The notes below the pieces were generated by a model. The model did no database searches. It saw only the letters and a program-made list of their open reading frames with translations, and had not been told where the DNA came from. Shown here piece after piece: positions 28,847-39,845 of a stretch of 64,000 bases of DNA (position 1 is the stretch's first letter; each line of letters opens with the position of its first letter). Origin of the DNA: Nannocystis radixulma. GTDB lineage: Bacteria; Myxococcota_A; Polyangia; Nannocystales; Nannocystaceae. A program made the position numbers and the translations under genes. The stretch lies in the NCBI RefSeq assembly GCF_028369095.1, contig NZ_JAQNDN010000024.1, forward strand, positions 629,253 to 693,252, read 5' to 3'.

Positions 28847-30043
28847 TCAGGGCAATTTATCGCCCACGTCGCACAGGAAGCGGAAGCTGTAGCCGCCGGG
28901 CTGCGGCAGGGCCTTGTAGCTCTTCACGCTGCCGTCCTGGTTCCACTGGTAGAGCATCGAGCAGCCCGAGCAGGCGCCGATGATGTCGGGCTCGCCGCTG
29001 CCCACGGCCGCGTCGCTGACCCACCAGGTCTGCTCGTCGCCGGCCTGCCACTCGGGGCAGGCCTCCGCGTTGAGCGGCTGATCGACGCAGCTCTCGCCCG
29101 GCGTGGCCGGATAGATCCCCAGGATCTGCAGGTAGTCGGCGCCGCTCCCCGTCATGCCGCCCCCGACCGGCGGGAGGTTGTCGGCGACAGCGAACTGATG
29201 GGCGGCGACGGTATGCGCCGGGCTGCGCGGGACGAACAGCCGCATGCCGAAGTCGGCGCAGGTGGTCTCGGCGCTGCTGGCCGACGGCGCGTTCGGGTTC
29301 ATGCCGGAGACGTCGACCTTGAGGAAGGTGTAGCCGCCGCCGTCGACCTCGGCCTCGAGCGCGCACCACACGTCGAGCGGATCCATGATGCCCTCGCGGC
29401 GGATCGTGAAGACGCCGCTGACGGCCGCCGGATCGGCCGTCTGCCAGTCGAGGCAGCTGCGGGCGAACTTGCAGGTCGGCAGGCAGTCGGGGCCGTCGTC
29501 GCAGTCCTCGAACTCGGCGTCGAGCTGGCCGTCGCCGCAGGCCGGGGCGAGGGCGCTGCAGTCCTCGGCGCAGCCGCCGTAGCTGCCGTCGTTGACGCCG
29601 TCGTCGCAGGCCTCGTCCGACTTGACCAGGCCGTCGCCGCACACGCCCGGGAGACAGGCGGTGGTGCAGGCGCCGTCGTCGGCGTTGTCAGAGCCCTCGT
29701 CGCACTGCTCGGCGGCGGGGTTGACGAGGCCGTCGCCGCACACGGCGTTGCGACAGGCGGTGGTGCAGTCGCCGTCGTCAGCGTTGGCCGGGCCGAGGTC
29801 GCACTCCTCGTCGGCGTCGACGAGACCGTCGCCGCACATCGCCTCGGCGCCGGTGGTGACGGGCGGGCCGCCGGTCGGATCGTCGGTGGTCGAATCGCTG
29901 GGGACGCCGGTGGTGGTGTCGGTGCCGGGGGTGCCGGGACCGGTCGTGGTCGAGGCGCTCTCGGTGTTGGCGTTGGGGTCGATGCAAGCCTGCAGGGCGA
30001 GGGCCGCAGACAGCGAGAGCGAGAGGCGCGACGCGATGTGCAT
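28847..30043 (-). CDS. lipoprotein with 4 myxobacterial Cys-rich repeats (CGDGxV...EECDxG) and C-terminal globular domain
   Basis: Start at MHIASRLSLSLSAALALQAC. Four tandem CGDGLV(D/N/K)..E(E/Q/A)CD units, diagnostic of the Myxococcales cysteine-rich repeat. Confidence 0.65.
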   Translation of the reverse strand: MHIASRLSLSLSAALALQACIDPNANTESASTTTGPGTPGTDTTTGVPSDSTTDDPTGGPPVTTGAEAMCGDGLVDADEECDLGPANADDGDCTTACRNAVCGDGLVNPAAEQCDEGSDNADDGACTTACLPGVCGDGLVKSDEACDDGVNDGSYGGCAEDCSALAPACGDGQLDAEFEDCDDGPDCLPTCKFARSCLDWQTADPAAVSGVFTIRREGIMDPLDVWCALEAEVDGGGYTFLKVDVSGMNPNAPSASSAETTCADFGMRLFVPRSPAHTVAAHQFAVADNLPPVGGGMTGSGADYLQILGIYPATPGESCVDQPLNAEACPEWQAGDEQTWWVSDAAVGSGEPDIIGACSGCSMLYQWNQDGSVKSYKALPQPGGYSFRFLCDVGDKLP

Positions 30044-30179
30044 GTGCAGGGACCGATTTGTCCACGATTCGCCCGGCGCCGCAAGGGTCGTGCGACGCCG
30101 AAGACGGCGATCGGCGAGGCCGGCGCGGCCGCCCGTGCGCAGGCCGGTACGCGCACAGGGTGTGCGCGTGGACCTGAAG

Positions 30180-33100
30180 TCAGCGGGTCTTGACCTCGAA
30201 GCCGAGGCCGCGCCGGGCCGCGACGTAGGCCGGGCTGACGGCGAACACCAGCAGGTCGCGGAGGTCGCCGTCGTGGGCGGCGCGGGCCTTGAGGGCGGCG
30301 CTGCGTTCACCTGGCTCTTGGGGCAGGCCGAGGATGTCGAGGGCGGCGCCGAGGTTGCGCGACAGGCACAGGCCGACGCGATCGCCGGAGCGCTGGACCC
30401 ACGCGCGCCAGTCGCGGCTGTCGAAGCCCTCCTGCTCGCGCTCCTTGAATTGGGTGCTGAGCTGGCGCGCGAGCCGGATCGGCAGCTTGCGCGCGAGGGT
30501 CTGGCCGAGCCGCGCGGCCAGGTCGGCCTCGTCGCGGCCCCGCACGCGCCGGGTGTGGCGCGGATGGAAGGCCTGCAGCGCGGCCGCGAGGACGCCGGCG
30601 AAGATCGGCCTCGGCAGGCCGGCGACCAGGATCGCGGCCGGACGGGTGAAGAACAGCGCGCGGCCGAGGGCGAAGCGCAGGCGCGGGGCGGTGGTCTCGG
30701 CGCGCGCCGCGGGGCCGACGAGGATCACCGGCGAATGCACGGCGGAGACGTTGACCCAGCCGCCGTCGACCTTGCCGTCGGGGATCAGCGCGATGTCGGC
30801 GAGGCGCACGCCCTGGGCCGGGAGCTGGGTCCCGAGCTCGGTCCAGACCTTCCACAGCAGGGTGTCCTTGTCGGTCTCGGCCTCGATCCAGGCGGCCTCG
30901 CTGAACTGCGGGCGCGGCAGCTCCTCCGCCAGCAGCTCGGCGGCGCCCTCCCACAGGGCGGTCATGGCCGGGACGACGCCGGCGTCGGCCGGGGCCGCGT
31001 CGAGCACGGTCGCCGGATCGAGCTTGCCGCTGCGCACCGACACCAGCTCGTTGCTCGACAGGAAGGCGCCGGCCTCGGCGTGGCCGGGGCTGACGATCCG
31101 CAGCAGCTGGTGGATCGCGTGGGCGCGGTCGCGCTCGCCGGTCTCGGCGCAGTGGCGGGCGAGGGCGGCCAGGCTGGCCTCGTCGAGCGGGTCGAGGTGC
31201 AGCAGGGCGTCGGAGTTGCTGCGCACCTGCGGGCCCTGGATCTTGGCGTCGGCGTAGAGCCGGGCCAGCTGGCGCCGCGGGACCAGCCCGAGGCCGGCCG
31301 GGTCGAGCTCGGCGGCCCGCTCGAGCAGGCGTATGGCCTGGGCGGGGCGGCTGTCCGCAGGGTCAGCCGGCGGGTCGGCCTGGAGGACCAGGTCGGACAG
31401 CCAGACCAGGAGGCGCTGGCGATCGCGGGCCTCGCGGAGGTCGCCAGGCGGCTGCTGCAGGGCCTCGCGGCCGAGGAAGGCGCGCACGGCCGGCTCGATC
31501 TCGTCGTCCTTCCCGGCGGCGCGTAGCGCGTCCACGAGGGCATGGATCGGGCCGGCGGCGTCGGGCAGCAGCAGGGCGGCGGCGCGGGCGTAGCCGAGGG
31601 CGCGCGCGGGGTCGCCGGGTTCGCCGCGCTGGAGGGCGATCCGCACGCCCTCGAGCAGGAAGGCGGCGCGCTTGGCCTCGCGCAGGTCGGGGTGGTGGAG
31701 CAGGCGGTCGAGGCAGCCGAGGGCGATGGCGGCGTTGCGCGGGACGGCGGTCCAGAAGGCGGCCTCGAGCTGGCGGCGCTCGACGACCGGGTGCGGGATG
31801 TCCTGGATCAGCGCCAGGCCGGCCTGCACGGCCTCGAAGGCGGCCGCGAGGATCTTCTGCGCCGAGCTGCTGGCCACCGTCTCCTCGCCGGCCTCGGCGG
31901 CGGCGCCGGCCGCCTCGTGGAACAGCATGCCGGCGCCGAGCAGGGCCCGGCCGCGCGCCTCGGGGTCGGATTCGAGTTCGGCGAGGGCGAGGGTGTGCTC
32001 GGCCGCATCGACCAGTCTGCCCGACTCTTGGGCCAGCTGAGCCAGGGCGGCGCGAGCCTTGCGGTGGCGCGGGGCCAGCTCGAGCGCGCGGGCGTAGCGG
32101 GCGGCGAGCCGCTCGGCGGGGGCGTTCTGCTTGGCGTCGCACTCGGCGGCGAGGATCAGCAGGTCGGCGACCACGGGGGCGCGCTCGGCCGGGATCGGCG
32201 TGCCGGCGGCCAGGCGCTGCTCGACGGGCTCGAGCGCGGCGACGGCGTCGCGGTGGCGGCCGGCGGCGGCGCGGTTGTGGGCCATGGCGGCGCGGATCTC
32301 GAGGTCGTCGGGGACGTGGCGCAGGGCCATCGACAGCCGGCGGTAGGCCTCGTTGGCGCGATCTGTCCGTTCGAACAGGTGCGCGAGCAGCAGGAGGCCC
32401 TCGACCAGGCGCGGCTGATCGCGGGTGAGGCCGAACGCCTCGACCGCGGCCTCGAGCGCGGCCTCGGCCTCGGCGTGCAGGCCGGCCTCGATCAGCGCGG
32501 AGCCGAGGGCCAGGCGCGCGGGCGCGTGGTCGGGGTCGACGGCGAGGGCGGCCTCGAAGCGGCGGCGGGCGCGGGCGAATTCCTGGCCGCCGCGCAGCAG
32601 GGCGCGGCCGCTCTCGGTGAGGATCCGGGCGCGGATCTCGGGGTCGTCGATCTGGGCCAGCTGGGCGTCGAGCAGGGCGTCGGCGCCGTCGAGGTCGCCG
32701 GCGGCCAGGCGCAGGCCGACCAGACCCTCGATCGCCTGCGACAGCCGGCGGCTGCGCTGCGGGGCGCCGGGGGCCAGCTCGGCCAGCACGCGGGTGAACA
32801 GCTGGGCGGCCAGCTCGGGCTCGCGCAGGCGGTCGCGGGCGATCGCGGCGGCCTCGAGGATGCCGTCGGGCTCGCCGACGGCGGCGAGGCTGACGGCGAG
32901 CACGCGGTCGTCGCCGAGGGCGCGGGCGAGGGCGACGCGGCGCTGCTGCAGGCCGAGGGCGGCCTCCGGCGGGGCGGCGGCGAGCGCCTCGTCGAGGGTC
33001 TCGAGCGCGCCGCGCGGGTCGCCTGCCTCTTCGGCCAGGGCGGTCGCCAGCGCCTCGGCGACGCGCAAGCGGCGGGCCGCCAGCGCCGGCGAGACCGGCT

Positions 33101-36100
33101 CGGGGATGTCGAACGGCAGCGGCTCGTCCTCGACCGGCTCGAGGCGCACCTCCATGTCGCTCATGATCTCGGCCAGGCGGCGGCGCAGCATCTCGATGCC
33201 GTCGTCGAGCCGGCCGCCCTTGCGGTAGAGGCGGGACAGGCCGAGCACGACGTCGTCGTTCTCGGGGGCCTCGGCGGCGAGGGTCTCGAGGGTCTCGAGC
33301 GCGGCGATCTCGTCGCCCTGGCCCTCTTGCAGGGCGCGGGCTTTGACGACGAGCAGGGCGATCCGGGCGTCGCGGTCGCCGGGGGCGACCTGGGCCAGGC
33401 GGCGGTCGAGGACCGGCAGCAGCTTGGCGTACTGCTCGCTGCGCAGGTAGAGGTTCTGCAGGCGGGCCAGCGCGTCGGGGTCGCCGGGGTTGTGGACCAG
33501 CACTTCGGACCAGGTGGCGATCGCGGCGTCGATCTGGCCGAGGCGCTCCTCGGTGAGGAGGGCGGCGCGGGCCAGGCAGCGCACGCGCGCGTCGGGGTTG
33601 GGCACGACCTCGGCGGCCCAGCGCAGGGCCTCGACCGCGCGGACCCACAGGCCCTCGCGCTGGAGGATCTCGATCAGCTCGGCGTGGACGTCGGCGGTCT
33701 CGGGGGTCTCCTTGACCAGCGCGTCGAGGCGGCGGATGGCCTCGAGCGAGCGGTCGGCGCGGTAGGCGAGGTCGCGCGCGAGCTGGAGGACGCGGGGGAT
33801 CCGCTCCTCGAGCGTGAGGCAGTCGGCCTCGGCGTCGTAGAGGCGCGCCGACGCCTCGGCGGCCTCGCGCTCGCGGCCGGTCTTGGCGTGCAGCGCGGCC
33901 AGGCTGCGCAGCGCCGGCAGGTGCTTCGCCGACACCGCGAGCACGCCGCGGTACTGCTCCTCGGCGCGCTCGGGCTGACCTGTCTGTTCGTACAGGTCGG
34001 CGAGGCGCAGGTGATAGGCGACGATGTGCTCGGGCAAAGTGAGGTCGCCGAGCAGGCGCGAGAGCGCGGCGATCAGGCGCTCGGGGTCACCTGCCTTTTC
34101 GGACAGGTCGACGAGGCCGGCGAGCGCGGTCTGGTCGTCGGGCACGAGCGCGAGGGCCTCCTCGAGGCGCTCGATCGCGGCCTCGGGCATGCCGGCGCCC
34201 TCGTCCCACAGGCGGGCGAGCAGGCGCTGGAGGCCGGCCCGCTCGGACTTGCTGGCGGGGACCACCGAGGCGTAGGCGTGGGCCAGCTCGTGCCAGGCGG
34301 AGCTGGCCGAGGGGCGGGCCGGCAGGACCGGGGCGTCGAGCTCGGGCAGCGGCGGCAGGCCGGCGGTGACGGCGTCGATCAGCTCGCGGCTGGCGACCGG
34401 AGGCGGCGGCGGCAAGCTGGCCGCAGGGACAGGTTCGGGCGCGGCCGGCGGGCGCGAGGGCGGCGGCGGGGCGGCCGGGCGGCGCGTCGGCGGCGGGGCC
34501 TTGGCGACCGGCTTGCCGCCGGGCGGGCGCGGCGGGGCCGTCTTGAGCGGCTTGGCGGCCGGGCGCGGCAGCGACGGCTTGGCCGAGGTGGGCCGCGGGA
34601 CGTCGTCGTCGAGCTCGAGCATCTCGTCGAGGTCGAGCACGCCCGAGGTCTCGCCGCCCGGGCGCTTGGGCGCCGGGCCGACCAGGCTGTCCTCGATCGG
34701 CTCGAGGTCGGCGAGGTCGAACACGCCGCTGTCCTGGCGCGCCAATCCGGCCGCGCGCACGCTGACCGAGACGGAGGCCTCGACCGGCTCGAGCTCGGCG
34801 ATGTCGACGATGTCGGTCTCGCCGCGGGCCGGTCGCGAGGGCCGGATCTTGGTGGTGGTGGCCACCGAGGCCTCGATCGGCTCGAGCTCGGCGATGTCGA
34901 CGATGTTGGTGTGCGTGTCGGAGGCGACGCCCTTGCCCGGGCGGGCGACGACCTCGGCGCCGCCGCGGCGGAAATCGCCGAGCGGCTCGAGCTCGGACAG
35001 GAGGATCTCGGTGGTCGGGCGCGAGACCTCCTCGATGTCGTCGAGCTCGACGACGCTCGACTCTTCCTTGCTCCGCACCTTCTTGGCGACGCGCGGGGCG
35101 AGGGTGTCGGGGTCGAGGCCGAGCTTGCGCCACTGGTCGCGGTCGGCCAGCTCGGGCGGGGCGATCTGCGGCCACAGCAGCGGGTCGCGCGCCGGCTGCG
35201 GGGTGAGGTAGGTGCCGGTCAGGCCGGCGAGGTGCCACATCTTGGCGTGGGTCGGGCCGAGCTCGCCCTTCTCCGGCGGCAGGTCGCCGTGCAACTTCCA
35301 CGCGGCGATCCGGGCCCGCAGGGCGTACTCGGGCCGGCCGAGGCAGTTCTCGTAGAGCTCGGCGATCTGGGTCAGGAGCTTGCCCTGCTGGGCCTTGCCT
35401 GTCCCGAAGTGCAGCTCGGCGGCGGGCGCGAGCAGGAGGAGGTGCCACAGGTTGTCGCGCTCGGCCAGGCGGTCGAGCTCGAAGCGGGCCTCCTCGCTGC
35501 CGGGGTGGAGCGAGAGGGCGCGCAGCCACTCGGCGATGGCACCGGCGGTGTCGCCGAGGCCGGCGCGCAGCTCGGCGCGCCGTTTGAGCAGTTGCAGCTT
35601 GAGCGCGGGGTCGACGGTCTGGCCGATGATCTGCTGGGTGACGGACAGCAGGGTCAGGGCGCCGGTCGGCGGGGTGTCGGGGCTGCGGTTCTCGTCGACC
35701 TTGGCGGCCATCGCCTCGATCGCGGGCATCAACGCGGCGCCGTCGCGGTCGTAGGCGACGCCGAGTCGGAGCGTGCGCAGGGCGGCCAGCGGATCCTGGC
35801 GCTTCTCGTAGTCGATGCGGGCCGAGTCCTTGAGCTGATTGAGGCCGCCGCGCTCGCTCCGCTGCAGCTTGGCGAGCGCGAGGCCGCGGTGGTGATCGGC
35901 GAGCTCGGGCCACAATTGATGGCGCTGGGCCAGCTCGGTCATCAGGCCGGCGGCCTCCTCGGCGAGCGACGGATCGGCGGGCCGCAGGTCGTTCTCGGCC
36001 CGGCGCAACCACTGGAAGGCGCGCCTGGGATCGTCGAGGTGGCGCTCGTAGATCTTGGCGATCGCGGTGCAGGGGTCGAAGCGGCCGAGGCCGGTCTTGG

Positions 36101-39100
36101 CGCGGGCGAGCCGGGCCTCCTGCAGGTCGATCAGCGCCTGCCACATCTTGTGCGCCTCGGCGAGGGCCTCGATCTGGCGCCCGAGATCCTCGTCGTCGGG
36201 GCGCAGCTTGTAGGCGCGCTGCAGGTAGCCGATCGAGCGCGCGGGGTCGCCGAGGCGCTCGCGGGCGATCTCGGCGGCGGACATCAGGAGGGCGATGGTG
36301 CCGAAGTCGCCGTAGTTGGGGGTCTTCTCCTGGAAGGCGAGCTCCTGCTCGCTGACCTCGAGCATCTGCGGCCACAGGCCGTGGGCCTGGGCCAGGCCCT
36401 CGAGGCGGTCGAGCACGGGGCCGGCGTCGAGGCCGGCGCGCAGGGCCACGAAGTAGGCCTTGCGCGCCCACGCGAACGCGAGGTCGGCGTCGCCGATCTT
36501 CTTCTCGGCGGTGGCCGAGGCGCCGAGGCAGAGGTCGATCTGGCCGCGGCTCTCGGCCCGGCCGCTCATCTCGGTGAAGCGCTCGCCGTAGACGACGAGC
36601 AGGTCCTTGTACATGCCGTGGCGCTCGGCGAACCCTTCGATCTTGGTCTTGAGGTCGCGGCTGCCGGGGGCGATGCCGAGAGCCCGCCCGAGCAGCGCGA
36701 GCGCCCGCTTGGCGTGGCCGAGCCCGTACTCGCACACCTCCGCCATCTGCTCGAGAGTGACGACCTGCTGGGCGGCGTCGGTGAGGCTCTCGAGCCGCTT
36801 GGCGAGGGTGTCGAGGGTGGCCTGGTGGTCCCCGGCCATGGTCTGCAGCTCGCCGAGGACCTTGAGGCCCTCGCTGTCGTCGGGCTCCTCGCGCATGAAC
36901 CGCTGGAACGCGGCGATGGCCTTCTGCGGCTGGTTGAGGTTGACGACGTAGTTGCGGGCGATCAGCGAGAACAGCTCGCGCCGCTCGTCGGTCTCGAGCG
37001 CGGACAGCAGCAGCACCTCGGCCTGGCGGATCAGGCGGTCGTACTGGCCGGCGCGCTCGTACAGCTCGAGCAGCTTGAGGGCGACGTCGCGGTGGCCGAC
37101 GGCGGAGGTCGAGGCGAGCTGCTCGAGCACGCGGATGGCGGCCGCCGGGTTGTCGAGGCGGTCGGCCAGGATCTCGGCGCGCTCCCAGCCGATGCCGAGC
37201 GCCTCCTCGTCGCTGTCGGCCATCTCCTGCAGGGTGCCGAGCGAGGCGGCGAGGCCGTGCCAGCTGCCGAGGTTGCGGTAGAGGCGGGTCAGCGCCTCGG
37301 TGGCGCCGCGGTGGTCGCGGTGGATCCGCAGCGCGCGCTCGAAGGCCGAGCAGGCCAGGTCGGCGTCGCCGAGCGAGGCCTCGGCGACGTGGCCCAGGCG
37401 CATGAGGTAGTCGAGCTGGCGGATCGCGGGGGTGCGCGCCGAGCTGGCGGCCTTGCCGAGCAGGTTGGCCAGCTCCTCGCGGTTGCCGAGCGCCTCGTAG
37501 GCGGCGATCAGCTTGTCGGTGACCTCGAGGTTGTGCGGATCGGCGGCCTGCAGCTGCGTCCACGCCTGGGCCGAGCGCTGCGGATCTTGCAGCTTGCGGT
37601 CGGCGACGTCGGCCATGCGCCGGATGATGCGGGTGCGCTGGGCCGGTTCGCCGACCAGCTGCAGCTCGCGCGAGAGGGCCTCGTACTCGCCGCCGGCGTC
37701 GCCGAGCTCGGACGACAGGCCCTGCATGCGGTGGACGGCGTCGAGGTCGGACGGGCTGTAGCCGAGGATCTGCTCGCAGGCCCACAGCGCCTCGCGCGGG
37801 CTGTGCAGCTCGTGCTGCCACAGCTCGGCCATGCGCCGCAGCAGGACCACCCGCTGCGAGATGCTGCGGGTGACGTCGTGCTGGCGCCGCAGCAGGTCGA
37901 TGACCTGGTCGTAGGCACCTGTCCGTTCGTACATCTCCGCGAGCGCCCGCAGGGCACCCTCGTGGCCGGGCGCCAGCGCCAGCATCTCCTGCAGCAGGAC
38001 GATGGTGCGCTGCGGGTCGGTCATGCGCTCGCGGTGGGCCTGCGACAGCCGGCGCAGCACCTCGAAGCGGCGCTGCGGATCGACGGTGCGCTGCAGCTCG
38101 GACTCGAGGGTGGCGAGGTTGGCGTCGAGCATGCGCGCGCGCTTGTCGATGCGGGCGATCTGGTCGCGCGGGCGCCAGTCGTTGGGGTAGGCCAGCGCGA
38201 GCCGGTTCCACGCGTCGAGGGCGCCGGCGAGGTCGCCGAGGCGGCGCTCGTAGATCTCGGCCAGCTCGACGAAGTGCTCGGCGAACTCGCTGCGCGCGAG
38301 CGGGCTGTCAGGGCCGCCGCCCATCTGCAGCGCCTGGTCGACCTGGTAGAGGATGAGGCCGGCGAGGTGCGACCAGTTGTTCTTGCGCCGCCAGTGCTCC
38401 TTGTAGCCCTCGAACGCCTCGTGGTTGAAGGGCTCGCGCTCGAGCACGCGGTAGAAGGCGACGGCGGCCCGCTCCTCGTCGCCGAGGTCCTCGCGGGCGA
38501 CGCGGGCGGCCCACAACAGCTTGTCGGTCGGCAAGCTGCTCGGGTCCTGCTCCGACCAGCGCTCGTACAGGCCGACGAGGGCGTGGTTGTCGCCGAGCTC
38601 GACGAGCAGGGCCTCGAGCCGCAGCCAGGCGTCGCCGCCGGGTCGCTCGAGCCGCGAGGCCTGCTCGTAGCAGGCGCGCGCCTCCTCGCGGCGGGCGAGG
38701 CGGGTCTCGAGCAGCTCGCCGCGCGACAGCCACAGGCCGTAGCTGTCGGCCTCGGTGACGTAGCCGATCCAGGCGCCGTAGAGGTCGTCGAGCTCCATCC
38801 ACTTCTCCTGCGCCATCAACAGCTCGGCCAGCGCGTTGCCGGCCTCGTGGTGATCGGGGCGCAGGCTCATGGCCCGACGCAGGAGGTTGTAGGCGATCTT
38901 GTCGTCGCCCTGGCTGCGCGCGAGCTTGGCTGCCCGAAAGAACACGTCGGCGGCCTTCTGCAGGCCCTCGTCGCTGGCCTTGCCGCTGCCGAGGTAGAGG
39001 GCGCCGAACGCCCGCAAGGCGGCCACGTCGTCAGGGTTGGCCTTGAGCGCGGCTTGCAGGTGGAGCGCGGCCGAGGGGATGTTCTCGAGCTGCTCGGCCT

Positions 39101-39845
39101 CGATCCGCGCGAGCCGCAGGTGCAGCGCGGCGAACCGCTCGCGCTCGCGGACAGTGTCGGTGCGCGCGAGCTCGGCGTTGATCAGATCGATGACCCGCAG
39201 CCAGGCGCCGGCCTGAAGGTGCAGCCGGATCAGCTGCTCGGCGGCGTCGCGCTCGCCATGGTTGATGTCGAGCGCGGCCCTGTAGCAAGCGATCGCCTCG
39301 TCGACCTGACAGCGCTGCTCGTCGACCTTGCCGAGCTCGACCAGGGCGGCCGGCACAGCCCCACGATCGTTCCGACGCAAGTGATCGAGGCGGAACTTGA
39401 GGAGGGTGGCGAGCTCGTCCAGCGCGCCGATCTCCTGGTAGACCTTGCGCAGCAGCTCGAAGGCGCGATGATTGTGCGGCTCGGCCTGCAGCGCCCGCAC
39501 GAGGGCGTAGGCGGCCTGCGGCTTGTCCTTGACCCGGTCGTACCAGAGCTCGTACGCCTGCACGCACAGCTCGCCGACCTTCGGCGGACCAGTGATCGCA
39601 GCGGCGTGCACGACGAGCAAGGTGGCGAGCCCGCTCCAGTTCTCGGCCTCGCGGAAGGCCCGGCGCAGACGCAAGAATGCGTCGTCGCTCGGCTTGGCTC
39701 GAAACGCGGCCAGCTCCGGCGGCTCTCCAGGAGCCACAGGCGGCAACGGGCAAGGCAGATCGTGAGGCGAGGGCTGGCGCTTGGGCGCGACGGCAGTTTC
39801 AGGCATGGGGCGTGGTGCCGCGAGCGGGGCCGCCCAAGGTACCAC
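30180..39845 (-). CDS. giant TPR-repeat protein (3,221 aa) with internal Pro-rich linker
   Basis: Continuous 9.7-kb ORF with helical TPR-like repeats throughout. Central PPRPPGGKPVAKAPPPTRRPAAPPPPSRPP linker is preceded by a three-fold IVDIAELEP(I/V)EASV repeat. The antisense 2,803-aa ORF is compositional junk. Confidence 0.8.
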   Translation of the reverse strand: MVPWAAPLAAPRPMPETAVAPKRQPSPHDLPCPLPPVAPGEPPELAAFRAKPSDDAFLRLRRAFREAENWSGLATLLVVHAAAITGPPKVGELCVQAYELWYDRVKDKPQAAYALVRALQAEPHNHRAFELLRKVYQEIGALDELATLLKFRLDHLRRNDRGAVPAALVELGKVDEQRCQVDEAIACYRAALDINHGERDAAEQLIRLHLQAGAWLRVIDLINAELARTDTVRERERFAALHLRLARIEAEQLENIPSAALHLQAALKANPDDVAALRAFGALYLGSGKASDEGLQKAADVFFRAAKLARSQGDDKIAYNLLRRAMSLRPDHHEAGNALAELLMAQEKWMELDDLYGAWIGYVTEADSYGLWLSRGELLETRLARREEARACYEQASRLERPGGDAWLRLEALLVELGDNHALVGLYERWSEQDPSSLPTDKLLWAARVAREDLGDEERAAVAFYRVLEREPFNHEAFEGYKEHWRRKNNWSHLAGLILYQVDQALQMGGGPDSPLARSEFAEHFVELAEIYERRLGDLAGALDAWNRLALAYPNDWRPRDQIARIDKRARMLDANLATLESELQRTVDPQRRFEVLRRLSQAHRERMTDPQRTIVLLQEMLALAPGHEGALRALAEMYERTGAYDQVIDLLRRQHDVTRSISQRVVLLRRMAELWQHELHSPREALWACEQILGYSPSDLDAVHRMQGLSSELGDAGGEYEALSRELQLVGEPAQRTRIIRRMADVADRKLQDPQRSAQAWTQLQAADPHNLEVTDKLIAAYEALGNREELANLLGKAASSARTPAIRQLDYLMRLGHVAEASLGDADLACSAFERALRIHRDHRGATEALTRLYRNLGSWHGLAASLGTLQEMADSDEEALGIGWERAEILADRLDNPAAAIRVLEQLASTSAVGHRDVALKLLELYERAGQYDRLIRQAEVLLLSALETDERRELFSLIARNYVVNLNQPQKAIAAFQRFMREEPDDSEGLKVLGELQTMAGDHQATLDTLAKRLESLTDAAQQVVTLEQMAEVCEYGLGHAKRALALLGRALGIAPGSRDLKTKIEGFAERHGMYKDLLVVYGERFTEMSGRAESRGQIDLCLGASATAEKKIGDADLAFAWARKAYFVALRAGLDAGPVLDRLEGLAQAHGLWPQMLEVSEQELAFQEKTPNYGDFGTIALLMSAAEIARERLGDPARSIGYLQRAYKLRPDDEDLGRQIEALAEAHKMWQALIDLQEARLARAKTGLGRFDPCTAIAKIYERHLDDPRRAFQWLRRAENDLRPADPSLAEEAAGLMTELAQRHQLWPELADHHRGLALAKLQRSERGGLNQLKDSARIDYEKRQDPLAALRTLRLGVAYDRDGAALMPAIEAMAAKVDENRSPDTPPTGALTLLSVTQQIIGQTVDPALKLQLLKRRAELRAGLGDTAGAIAEWLRALSLHPGSEEARFELDRLAERDNLWHLLLLAPAAELHFGTGKAQQGKLLTQIAELYENCLGRPEYALRARIAAWKLHGDLPPEKGELGPTHAKMWHLAGLTGTYLTPQPARDPLLWPQIAPPELADRDQWRKLGLDPDTLAPRVAKKVRSKEESSVVELDDIEEVSRPTTEILLSELEPLGDFRRGGAEVVARPGKGVASDTHTNIVDIAELEPIEASVATTTKIRPSRPARGETDIVDIAELEPVEASVSVSVRAAGLARQDSGVFDLADLEPIEDSLVGPAPKRPGGETSGVLDLDEMLELDDDVPRPTSAKPSLPRPAAKPLKTAPPRPPGGKPVAKAPPPTRRPAAPPPPSRPPAAPEPVPAASLPPPPPVASRELIDAVTAGLPPLPELDAPVLPARPSASSAWHELAHAYASVVPASKSERAGLQRLLARLWDEGAGMPEAAIERLEEALALVPDDQTALAGLVDLSEKAGDPERLIAALSRLLGDLTLPEHIVAYHLRLADLYEQTGQPERAEEQYRGVLAVSAKHLPALRSLAALHAKTGREREAAEASARLYDAEADCLTLEERIPRVLQLARDLAYRADRSLEAIRRLDALVKETPETADVHAELIEILQREGLWVRAVEALRWAAEVVPNPDARVRCLARAALLTEERLGQIDAAIATWSEVLVHNPGDPDALARLQNLYLRSEQYAKLLPVLDRRLAQVAPGDRDARIALLVVKARALQEGQGDEIAALETLETLAAEAPENDDVVLGLSRLYRKGGRLDDGIEMLRRRLAEIMSDMEVRLEPVEDEPLPFDIPEPVSPALAARRLRVAEALATALAEEAGDPRGALETLDEALAAAPPEAALGLQQRRVALARALGDDRVLAVSLAAVGEPDGILEAAAIARDRLREPELAAQLFTRVLAELAPGAPQRSRRLSQAIEGLVGLRLAAGDLDGADALLDAQLAQIDDPEIRARILTESGRALLRGGQEFARARRRFEAALAVDPDHAPARLALGSALIEAGLHAEAEAALEAAVEAFGLTRDQPRLVEGLLLLAHLFERTDRANEAYRRLSMALRHVPDDLEIRAAMAHNRAAAGRHRDAVAALEPVEQRLAAGTPIPAERAPVVADLLILAAECDAKQNAPAERLAARYARALELAPRHRKARAALAQLAQESGRLVDAAEHTLALAELESDPEARGRALLGAGMLFHEAAGAAAEAGEETVASSSAQKILAAAFEAVQAGLALIQDIPHPVVERRQLEAAFWTAVPRNAAIALGCLDRLLHHPDLREAKRAAFLLEGVRIALQRGEPGDPARALGYARAAALLLPDAAGPIHALVDALRAAGKDDEIEPAVRAFLGREALQQPPGDLREARDRQRLLVWLSDLVLQADPPADPADSRPAQAIRLLERAAELDPAGLGLVPRRQLARLYADAKIQGPQVRSNSDALLHLDPLDEASLAALARHCAETGERDRAHAIHQLLRIVSPGHAEAGAFLSSNELVSVRSGKLDPATVLDAAPADAGVVPAMTALWEGAAELLAEELPRPQFSEAAWIEAETDKDTLLWKVWTELGTQLPAQGVRLADIALIPDGKVDGGWVNVSAVHSPVILVGPAARAETTAPRLRFALGRALFFTRPAAILVAGLPRPIFAGVLAAALQAFHPRHTRRVRGRDEADLAARLGQTLARKLPIRLARQLSTQFKEREQEGFDSRDWRAWVQRSGDRVGLCLSRNLGAALDILGLPQEPGERSAALKARAAHDGDLRDLLVFAVSPAYVAARRGLGFEVKTR

